From Octopus sinensis (Eukaryota), in contig NC_043008.1 of assembly GCF_006345805.1 (NCBI RefSeq), positions 52,762,001-52,826,000 on the forward strand: 64,000 nucleotides of DNA. Direction: 5' to 3'. The position numbers and the translations under genes were made by a program. The notes under the pieces were generated by a model, which was not told where the DNA came from, did not search any database, and was given only the letters and a program-made list of their open reading frames with translations. Below are positions 53,821 through 64,000 of this stretch, one piece after another (the stretch's first letter is position 1; each line of letters opens with the position of its first letter).

Positions 53821-54250
53821 TAATAATAGCAGCAGCAGTAGTAATAACAACAGCTGCAACAAAGGCTGAAAATCAATGACATAGGACAAAGAATTGGATA
53901 TTGTATGTTAATGGAAAGGCCTGACTAAGTTTACAAACAAGGAGGTTTGAGGACACCTTCTTACTAATCAATCAACTGCAGCAAACCTGTTGCAAATCAA
54001 TGCTTCATTCAGCAACAACAATAGCAGTAATAACAACAACAACACTGTCTACGATGACAAAAAGGTTACATGGCCACATGAGCCACAATTAATTTGTGTC
54101 AGTCCATATTTTTTTCAGTCTTTCATGTGTAATAGAACTGAGAAATTATTATAAATTGCTGAAATTGAGGAGTAATTAATTAACAGAGAAGAAGAATTGT
54201 ACAAAAAATAAACTCCACATCCAATACTTTAAAAATATTTTTTTTTCAAG

Positions 54251-54286
<36 letters not shown>

Positions 54287-54436
54287 ACGTGTGTGTGTGT
54301 GCACGTGTGTGTGTGTGCACGTGTGTGTGTGTGCACGTGTGTGTGTGTGCACGTGTGTGTGTGTGCACGTGTGTGTGTGTGCATGTGTGTGTGTGTGTGT
54401 GCACGTGTGTGCACGTGTGTGTGCATGTGCGTGTGT
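54251..54436. repeat. (GT)n with periodic gcac interruptions
   Basis: Higher-order unit (gt)n-gcac. Confidence 0.9.
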
Positions 54437-55290
54437 GCATATTTCTTTGCCTTGACATCACATGGTAGCTGTAGTGATTGTCAGCACCATAATCATAGCA
54501 TCATTAATTTCCAATATTCACCAAAAACATGTCTGGTTCTGTGAGGATTGGTGACAAATGGAATCCAGCCACAGAATATTTACTTCAATAAACTCCATCC
54601 AGGCCATGCAACCATGGAAAAGTGAACATGAAAATATGATGAGTTGGGGAAATTACAAAAATGACTGGACAAAGTATTTCAGAACACAACACACCTGATT
54701 ATAGCAAGTGTGTGTCTGCTTTTGTAGTTGTATAAAAACCAAATGGTGGTTTGAATAACTAAAAGATAGGCTTTAGTCACAAGATTTTTTAAACTCTTAT
54801 TCAACTCCTAATATTGAATCTGTCTTTTACTCATAATTTGAGATGGTGTTTTGCTTTTTGCTTTTAACAAAATTTAATCTAAAAGGTGGTTATCACTAAA
54901 TTCAAATAGATAATGACTTCAAAGAGATCACTACCATTAACACCTCTGTTGAGATGAATACAAATGTAACAGGGTATAAAAAAAAAGAAGAGCCATTTTT
55001 TAATGAGCAATAGAAAAGGCCTTTGAGGTTGATATGAAAATAAAAGAATTTATCAGGATGTATATGTTTGTGTGCAAATACCAAGAGGGAATAGGACCTG
55101 AAGACCAAATTTACATTTGGATCACCTGAGAAATGCAAAAATAACTATCAAATCTGAGAAATGTACCATTACTAGTAACAAGTTATCATTTTTGGAAAAT
55201 TACACTTCAGAAGAAAGGGCTTCTCCACATTGACATTAGGTCCAGAAAATGTCACTGTATTTTCCAACAGACAAGTAGAATTTTTCAAAC

Positions 55291-55323
<33 letters not shown>

Positions 55324-55332
<9 letters not shown>

Positions 55333-55741
55333 ATTGGTGAATTGAAGAAATGGAGCTGAACGCAGATTGAACAGAAATCGTTTTATTTCATTCTACACGT
55401 GTTTCGAAAGGCACAAATTACCAAAATCCGATTGAATAATGGGACCATATTGTGTCTTTCTCTTCATTATTCAATCCCATTATTCAATCGGATTTTGGTA
55501 ATTTGTGCCTTTCGAAACACGTGTAGAATGAAATAAAACGATTTCTGTTCAATCTGCGTTCAGCTCCATTTCTTCAATTCACCAATAATGTTTTAATTTC
55601 AATTATCCGCACCAACGCACGGTTGCAACGCCAGATGGTTGTACCTCCAACCGTGCTGTTTACTGCTGTGATTTTTGCTACTAAGGTATCGGTTAAACTG
55701 GTGATTAATCTACTACAAGATTATTCATCTTTCTATTTCAC

Positions 55742-55745
<4 letters not shown>
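55324..55745. mobile_element. Fold-back element, probable Penelope-like (pLTR-derived) insertion in (TA)n
   Basis: Perfect 121-bp inverted repeat (55324-55444 / 55475-55595), 30-nt spacer, right arm continuing to 55745, (TA)n on both flanks. Confidence 0.7.
55385..55466 (-). ncRNA. Minimal type-I hammerhead ribozyme motif, 5'-truncated
   Basis: Minus strand: (A)UGAAGA - GAAAGACACAA / UUGUGCCUUUC stem II (10 of 11 pairs, 33-nt loop) - GAAAC - ACGU - GUA - GAAUG. C3 and the 5' strand of stem I are missing. Confidence 0.65.
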
Positions 55746-55804
<59 letters not shown>

Positions 55805-57272
55805 AACAAAAATGGTAAGTCAACTTATACACCAAGCTAATTTGGGGGACCAACAATTCCATGTAAAATGTAGCAGGACTTGGAAAGATAGTGACAATAT
55901 TTGAATGTTTACACTATATACTAAGTTGACTTGTATGCCAGTGAATATTACATGTTTCTTCACCTAAGAAAAAATTAGAATCCTTTTTAGGGTTGGTAAA
56001 TTTCTGGATGTTTATTTTGCCAAAATATTGTGAAATAAGAGAACCATGTATGTGTGAATCTGCATAAGAAAAATGTTGAAGTTAGTTGGATGAATAAATG
56101 TTCAACAGAGTCCATTCAATAATTTAAACTACGCTCTAGTTAAGAATCCTGTTATGAGTATATTTCATGCCAACAAAGACATCTTGTTAACAAATTATGC
56201 TAGTCAGTAGGAAAAAAAAAATTCTAACAAATAAAGGAAACAGTTAAAACAAATATAGAAATGCAGAAATACATGGTGTGTGATCAGCAAACCATGATAT
56301 TCAAATCAGAACAATTTGTAGCTTTAAATGTTTGATGTAATATGCAAGTTTTTCCAATATTTTTGTCAAAGACTGAAATAATATGTTTACGTCAGGAATT
56401 TTATCGCAAAATAACCACTGAATGCTATATTTATTGAAGAAGTTAGCTACTACTGAATAAAATTATTCAAATAAGGCTTTAGCAATTGTGTGAGCCACAA
56501 ACTGTACTCATCGTATTTTACTTAGTAGAAAATTCCAGTTTAGATCCGATCTTAAATTTATATTTAATCCAAAGAACTTCCAAAGGTTATATCTTTGAGA
56601 ATGCTGAGATGGACCCAACAACTAACAGCATCTGATTATATTACATATATAAAAAGATATTTCGTTTTTCATGTATGTGCCCTCTCTTAGCTACATTTTA
56701 AACTGTAACTGTTGAACCAGTCTGGTTAAATGTATGCCTTGATAGGCTAATTTCAAAAACACTGGTTGATGCAGTACTTGCAGTAATAGACAAAATCATT
56801 TGCAGCATAAAACGTATGTCTGGAGTAATTGCTTCAATGTGAGAGAACCTTATTAACAATTCAAACACAGATTAACTCTTGAAAATGGTATTCCTTGCAA
56901 TTATGAACCTGTTGTTCAGTCTGAATTATCTAGGAGATAAGCCAAGTGTTCATAATGATACCCATAACAAGATTACTGCTGTTTCAGACAACTGGATAAA
57001 ACATGAAGCAAAGTGACCTGGCTATTCACACATTATTGTGGTCTACATACCCAAGTGGCCTACATTTACAGAAGAAAAAGGTTATCTAAAGGACAGAAGT
57101 TCACTTGTAGCTCAAGAAGTTATGTTTCTGAACTACATATCATTTAATATACACAATTTAAAAAAGAGCTAATAATAGTTTCAATTAGTAGAGATATAAT
57201 AATTTGGTATGTTATATAAATCTGCCAAAAATCTGCACTGAGCCCAAATGACTGCTTGAAGATAGCTGGCAT

Positions 57273-57684
57273 CTCTTTTACTTGTTTCAGTCATTTGACT
57301 ACGGCCATGCTGGAGCACCGCCTTTAATCGAGCAACTCGACTCCAGGACTTATTCTTTTGTAAGCCCAGTACTTACTCTATCGGTCTCTTTTGCTGAACC
57401 GCTAAGTAACAGGGACATAAACACACCAGCATCGGTTGTCAAGCAATGCTAGGGGGACAAACACAGACACACAAACACACACACGCATATAAATATATAT
57501 ATATATATATACACATATATACGACGGGCTTCTTTCAGTTTCCGTCTACCAAATCCACTCACAAGGCTTTGGTCGGCCCGAGGCTATAGTAGAAGACACT
57601 TGCCCAAGGTGCCATGCAGTGGGACTGAACCCGGAACCATGTGGTTGGTAAACAAGCTACTTACCACACAGCCACTCCTACGCC
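57273..57684 (-). mobile_element. SINE family A, full length
   Basis: Same structure; 20-bp direct repeat at 57210-57229 and 57685-57704. Confidence 0.9.
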
Positions 57685-58091
57685 TGTTATATAAATCTGC
57701 CAAATTATTGTAGCTCTACATATCAAATTATATCTGCATATCAAATTATATTTATCTCTCACTGGATAAAGTACCTTTTTGTTCATCCTACTTAATAATG
57801 GAACAGTAAAATGTGTGTGCGGGTGTATCATACCCATCTTAATGGTATTCAATTACTTCCTTGCTATAGTAGCTTTCTTTTCAGAGTGACCAGGTGCTAG
57901 TTTTGTTATTAATAGGGAGTGCTCAACTTTAAAACTGGTATTACATGCCATTTAATTTTAAGGTGTGACAAAGGTTATGGTGTAAGACAGTCTCTGTTCT
58001 TGGAAAAAGAAAATTAGCTGTGACAGCCACAATTGAAAATGTATCTTAGAAGGTGGGGCACATGTGAAAAAATTAAGTTTCTTTAAACACA

Positions 58092-58278
58092 CCGTATTTT
58101 CTGGCATACAAATCAAATTTTTCAGACCCAAATTTACAACCAAAAAATGTAGGTCAAGTTATACACCAAGATGACTTTGGAGAACCAAAAATTTTGAGTA
58201 AAATGCAGCAAGATTTGGAAAGATAGCAATGATGTTTGAATGTTTATACTACATACTACATTGACATGTATGCTGGAA
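58092..58278. mobile_element. Tc2-like MITE, degraded
   Basis: ccgtattttctggcatacaa start; body matches other copies (partial copies also near 55810 and 61560). Confidence 0.65.
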
Positions 58279-58716
58279 TGTCATAATTAAATGCTGTCAA
58301 CTGTAAGATCCACTTCAATATTCTCAAAGACATGAACTTTGGAACTTTGGAAATTCTTTGTTTGGATTAAATATGAATTTAAGATTGGAATTTTCTACTA
58401 ACTAAAACAATGTACGCCAGTATGTGATCTACACAATTGCCTAAACTTATCCACCTCTCAATATTGGAATAACTATATTCAACAGTAGCTAAACCAACCA
58501 CTTTGATAAATATATCATTTGAGGGTTATTCTGCAACAAAGATCCTGATATAAACATGTTATTTTGGTCTTTTACAGAAATATTGAAAATTTGCAGAAAT
58601 AAAATGTTGCAACACATTTTCAAAACAATATTGAAGGAAAACCAAAAATAAAATTGTTCAATAATTAGGTTTTATTTAACAAATCCTCATATCTAAAATA
58701 GGTGAATGCATAGCTA

Positions 58717-58881
58717 TAGGTGCAGGTATGGCTGTGTGGTAAGAAATTTGCTTCCCAACAACATGGTTTTGGGTTCAGTCTCACTGTGTGGCAACTTGGG
58801 CAAGTGTTTTCCGCTATAGCCCAGAGCTGACTAAAGTCTGGTGAGTGTGGATTTGATAGATGGTAACTGAAAGAAGCCCAT

Positions 58882-58920
<39 letters not shown>

Positions 58921-59340
58921 CAAATCAAATAATCAAACATTAAAAATAACAATAACAAAAGGATGTGCACATGGAATGTATTAGTTTGACACTCAGTAAA
59001 AAGAGAGAGTTCTTGATGTTTCAAGCATAGCTCATCAAAAAATAAAATGGAAAAGTTCAGAGAGGGAAAATATCACCAACAGTATGTGTATGGTTACATT
59101 TTTGAAATGTGTGTGTGTGTGTGTGCATGTGTGTGTGCTTTTCCACCCCACCACTTGACAACCACTGTTGGTTTGTTTATGTCCCTATAAGTTAGTGGCT
59201 TGGCAAAAAAGCCCAAGAGAATAAGTATTAAACTTTAAAAAGCGCTGGAGTCTATCAGACTAAACCCTTCTAGGTGGCGCTCCAGCATGGGTGCAGTCCA
59301 CTGACTGAAACAATTAAGTAACAGACAAAAGGATAAAAGA
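58717..59340 (+). mobile_element. SINE family A with about 190 bp of extra sequence in the central TA/GT tract
   Basis: Head 58717-58885, (TA)n, unrelated sequence, (GT)n, then the 3' half. Confidence 0.7.
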
Positions 59341-59578
59341 TACTTCTGTATCTTTTAGTCAGCTTTAATTCTTTGTTGGATCTAATTCAATTCACTTATG
59401 CTGCTACACATGAGAATAGTATGAATGTCACACATGCTCACTCTACAACCTCGTAAAACAAACCAATAAAGGAGCATTTATATGATCAATCATTGCTAGA
59501 AATAGCAACCAAATTTTGCTCAAATTATAACATTTTTTTTAAAAAATGATGTACTGCTTAATGTATTCTTTGATATAC

Positions 59579-59866
59579 CATTTCTGAAAGAAGGATGGAT
59601 GATCATGACTAGAATGTCTATGGTAATATGATAGATTAACCAGGGCAGACTTGGGACTAACAGCACTAACAGTTCTGTAAATTCCTATCCTATTTCTATG
59701 CAAGAAATCAATATCATATTTTCCAAACGGACAAAAGGAACCCATTTCCTTTTGCTGGGCAGCATACAATAACTTCCAACATTCCTGTCTTTGAAAGCAT
59801 TCTGTTCTCAACTGTTGATAAAAGCTGAAAATAGGAGCTACTCCCACTTTACAGTTGGGTGGTTTC
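59579..59866 (-). CDS. Candidate internal coding exon, unknown protein
   Basis: Acceptor tattttcactttttgtttag, donor TG|gtatat, 288 nt, phase 2/2, fully open (KPPNCKVGVAPIFSFYQQL...HDHPSFFQKW), non-repetitive. Lies inside track ORF 59539-59919. No family recognised. Confidence 0.5.
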
Positions 59867-61236
59867 CTAAACAAAAAGTGAAAATATGCATCCAGCTGTG
59901 AAAATACTGACACAAACAAAAATTCTATGGAAGAAAATAAAAAAATATTTACTAAAATTAATATTATCTCTCACCTTCTCTCTCTCCCTTATACTAGGAA
60001 AGAAAAACAGTCAATGGCAAATAGCTATATAAAAGGTGCAACATAAAAGGTAACAATACTATGGTCTCTCATTATATAAGTCTCTTTTCACAAAGAGAAT
60101 GAATTAAATCTTCATGTTGTTATAATACAGAATTTAGGAAGATAGAGAGCTTGGATACACTGGTGAAACTGGCACAGACTAACTTTAGTCTTGGATATAG
60201 GAAAAGCAGTGATGGTCATGAGTGGAATGTCTATAGTAGCAGGTCCTCTTGATCAGAATTGTCATATGGCTAAACAACAACTGTAACTGGACCCTGACTG
60301 TTTTACAAACTAGACATGTATGGTTCCTATTAAATCAATAAAATATTGATCCTAAATAAATTTTTGATAGCACATCAATAGATCCCTCTATTGATTTTGT
60401 TTGACAACAGACAAAAACTGAGGCTTTCTACTGAATTTGTTGGTAAGGGGTCAAGTGTGGTACCTACGGAATTGACAAACAATAATTCTTGTTGGTTCTC
60501 CAATAATGAAATCAATGGAGCAAATGGGAGTTTGTTTTTTGGGATTTTTTTTGAGGAATCCCGAAATAGTGATCAATAATGAAAAGCAAATAATGAATCG
60601 TGATCCCTACTAAACCAGCAAACAATGGTAGACTGAACCACCAATAATAGCTTAAATGCAGAACCCCAATTAAATTAGTAAGAAAGAATAGAAGTAGGAG
60701 GAGAGATGAAATAAGAGAGAAAATGAGTAGGAGGAGAAATGAAACAGAAATAGAATTAAGAGAGAGACATAACAGAAGAAGCGTAGGAAGAAAGAAATAA
60801 AAGAAAAGAAACAAGAGAGAAAGGAGTAAGAGGAGAGAGGAGAAGGAGGAGTAGGAGAAGAGCCAAAAATCTAAAAGTGCTTTCCATTCAGTATTGTTCA
60901 CTGTACTAAAGTCAACACCCTCATTCATATTTTAACATCCAATTTATCTATATTCACATTGGTTTGGTGAGTGTGTAATAAATGATGAAGTGAGATGGAG
61001 ACATGTCTCAATCTTGCATTATCACCATTGTTTGTAAAATGCAGAACTACTTCGATTGTTGTAAATTCATAGCAATTTTTCACTCACTCAGCACATCAAC
61101 CATTTGGTTGGGCATGTACCTGATGTTACCTTTAATGGCTAATCACTTTTTCAAGTCACTTGTGCTCAACCATTTTCATCTAATGGACCAGATTCATTAC
61201 CAGATCAGACAAAATGCCTTGTGGTATTTATTGTAG

Positions 61237-61470
61237 AAAGGCGGCGAGCTGGCAGAATCGTTAGCACGTCGGGCGAAATGCTTAGCAGTATTTCGGCTGC
61301 CGTTATGTTGTGAGTTCAAATTCCGCTGAGGTCGACTTTGCCTTTCATCCTTTCGGGGTCGATAAATTAAGTACCAGTTACGCACTGGGGTCGATGTAAT
61401 CGACTTAATACCTATGTCTGTGCTTGTTTGTCCCCTCTGTGTTTAGCCCCTTGTGGGTAATAAAGAAATA
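61237..61470 (+). mobile_element. tRNA-headed SINE family B, young full-length copy
   Basis: ggcgagctggcagaatcgttagc...gagttcaaattcc head; 14-bp TSD ggtatttattgtag (61223-61236 / 61471-61484). Confidence 0.9.
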
Positions 61471-62244
61471 GGTATTTATTGTAGCTTCTTGTATTCTGAG
61501 TTCAAATCCCATCAAGGTCAACTTTGCCTTTTGTCTTTTAAGGGTCACTAAAAGTAGAGTATTTTCCCTGCATAAAAATTGAATTTTTTTAGGCCAAAAT
61601 TTAACGCCAAATACGTTTTGCAGATTTATACACCAAGACAGTTTGGGAGAACCAAAAATTCCATGTGAAATGCAGCAAGATTTGGAAAGTTAATATGGCA
61701 AGAAAGATACTCCTACTCTAAATTTATTGACAAACAAGACTTTCTGCTCAACTGACTGCACTGGCTTAAGCTTGTAATATGAATAAATGAGAAACACTTT
61801 AAATCCTATGAACCAAGATATCTAATACTTGTTTAGAATGTTACAAAGTTACATCTATTCAACAGATGGAAACATTCAAGCACCGTCACTATCTTGATGA
61901 TACTTGAATATTTACTACATCCACCTGGAAAGCAACAGTACCAGTTTAGGGAGGTGAACCAGTAGAATCATTAGAGCATTGGACAGCATATCTTACTATA
62001 TTTGTTTTGGCATTTTGCATTTTGAGTTCAAATCCTGTTGTGGCCAATTTGGTGATAGATTTAATTTATCCCCTAGCTTAACACCAGTGCCACCACCTGG
62101 TCACTGATTGTCCATAAGAGTTAACTCTGTTGCGAGCACTCAGGCCTGATCTCTAGTTTGAGGATATCTTCCTCCCGCCCAGTAATATCAACGGCCCTGA
62201 AAAAGGACACCACTCCTGATTAGACAATACAAAAGAAATGCACA

Positions 62245-62610
62245 ATCAGGCATGGCTGTGTGGTGAAAAATTTGCTTTCCAAAAGCATGGTTCCAAGTTC
62301 AGTCCCACTACATGGCACCTTACTCAAGTGTCTTCTACTTTAGCCCCAGGCCAATCAAAATTTTCTGAGTGGATTTGGTAGATAGAAACTGAAAGAAGCC
62401 CGTCATATGTGTGTGTGTGTGTGTCCTCCACTACTGCTTGACAACTAGTGTTGGTTTGTTTATATCCCCATTAACATAATAATTCATCAAAAGAGACCAA
62501 GAAAATAAGTACAAAAAAGTACTGGTGTCGATTCATTTGACTAAAACCCTTCAAGGCAATGCCCCAGCATGGCCACAGTCCAGTTACTGAAACAAGTAAA
62601 AGATAAAAGA
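62245..62610 (+). mobile_element. SINE family A, older copy
   Basis: ggcatggctgtgtgg head to gaaacaagtaaaag end. Confidence 0.75.
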
Positions 62611-63369
62611 AGATACACCATTATACTTCTTACATAAAACTCTTTAAGATTATATAAAAACAGAGTTTGTTAATAATACAACCACACACCAAATGATTTA
62701 CTTTACGAATTTAGCTTAAAAGTAGATACTAAGTAACCGTTTAAATAGGTGAGAACTATTTAAAAATAAAGAAAACCTGTTCTAAAAATACATATAATTA
62801 ACGTTATATTTTTAAATCTATACAATCCAGACGAATATAGTAAGGTGAGGCAGGCATTTAAAATTAAATTCTTTGATGAGAATTAAAGAAAGCAAGCAGG
62901 ACACTTGCTATTGGTCACAATTAACGAAGGTAAACATGTCAGCTGTTTTAATCATGTTCTTCAGATGTGTTTTCTTAAGAGTTTGAAGATTTCTACATTT
63001 CCACTCTTTTTCTTTATTTTTTTTTTTCTGTGTTTGAATGTTTTATCTGCATTTTCTTTTTCACACCACATGGAGAAACATTTGAGTTATGCAAGAAGAT
63101 CAAATTCTAGAAAAATTTTGATTCTGAGGGTATATGTGGCCATACACATTTTCATGTGTGAGTGTGTGTGCACATGTTAGTATGGATGTGGATATCTTTA
63201 TATACCTTTTACTTGTTTCTGTCATTAGACTGCGGCTGTGCTGGGGCTAGGCTGGGACCATGCTGCAGCCTTGAAGAATTTTTAGTTGGATGAATCAACC
63301 CCAGTACTTATTTATTTAAGCCTGGTTCATTACACATATATATATAAGCTAATTGAATAAAATGATACG

Positions 63370-63690
63370 TGTGAGAGAGAGTGTATGTGTGTGTGAGAGA
63401 GAGAGTGTGTGTGTGTGAGAGAGAGTGTATGTGTGTGAGAGAGAGTGTATGTGTGTGAGAGAGAGAGAGAGAGAGAGAGTGTGTGTGTGTGTGAGAGAGA
63501 GAGAGAATGTGTGTGTGTGTGTGGTGAGAGAGAATGTGTGTGTGTGTGTGAGAGAGAATGTGTGTGTGTGTGTGAGAGAGAGAATGTGCATGTGTGTGAG
63601 AGAAAGAGTGTGTGTGTGTAAGTATGAGAGTGAGTTAGTGTGTGTTATGTGTGCATGTGCACACATGCGTGTGTGTGCATGTGTGTTTGT
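63370..63690. repeat. Compound (GA)n/(GT)n microsatellite
   Basis: Alternating gagaga/gtgtgt blocks. Confidence 0.9.
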
Positions 63691-64000
63691 GTAAATTAAT
63701 AGTTGGATCTTTATAATCCATGCCCCACTTTAGTCATTAATGTGTAATGTGGGGGTAGCACTGCATCTCTTCCTATTCAACCATCACCATTATCCTATCA
63801 CTATCTCTCTCACTAATCCCCACTTTTCCTCCTCCACACTGTTTATCTTCCTCCATCATGATCCCTCTAAAATATACCTGTGTAACACCAATAAGAAATG
63901 TCTTGGACCCTGATGATCAGCCATACCAGCGGGGTATGGCAGATGGATTACCCACCCCATTATCATTTTTCCTCGTTACCCTCTCCATCATACTTATCCC

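Noticed and set aside
60391-60928. ORFs at 60391 and 60512
   Set aside because: Low-complexity GA-rich sequence; no convincing motif or splice pair.

Overview
AT-rich, microsatellite-dense eukaryotic genomic DNA. The SINE/LINE families look like coleoid cephalopod (Octopus-like) repeats; this is inferred from recalled families, not from a search. One host coding exon is well supported: a 105-bp minus-strand exon (5269-5373) encoding part of the FERM N-lobe of an FRMD5/FRMD3-type protein. Its neighbouring exons were not found, so much of the window is probably intronic. A second candidate exon of unknown identity lies at 59579-59866. The rest is mostly transposon-derived: a 5'-truncated RTE LINE with a PHD-like finger and many RTE 3' fragments, CR1 and R4/Dong 3' ends, at least four tRNA-headed SINE families, hAT-, piggyBac- and Tc2-like MITEs, minisatellites, and an 811-bp tandem duplication. 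The most notable pattern is five short fold-back insertions from three sequence families (6260-6563, 10760-10981, 18173-18302, 33720-33946, 55324-55745). Their two arms diverge from a junction at or beside a hammerhead-ribozyme-like motif, as expected for non-autonomous Penelope-like elements. Almost all ORFs in the supplied track are microsatellite or repeat artefacts. Repeat boundaries without a stated TSD are approximate.
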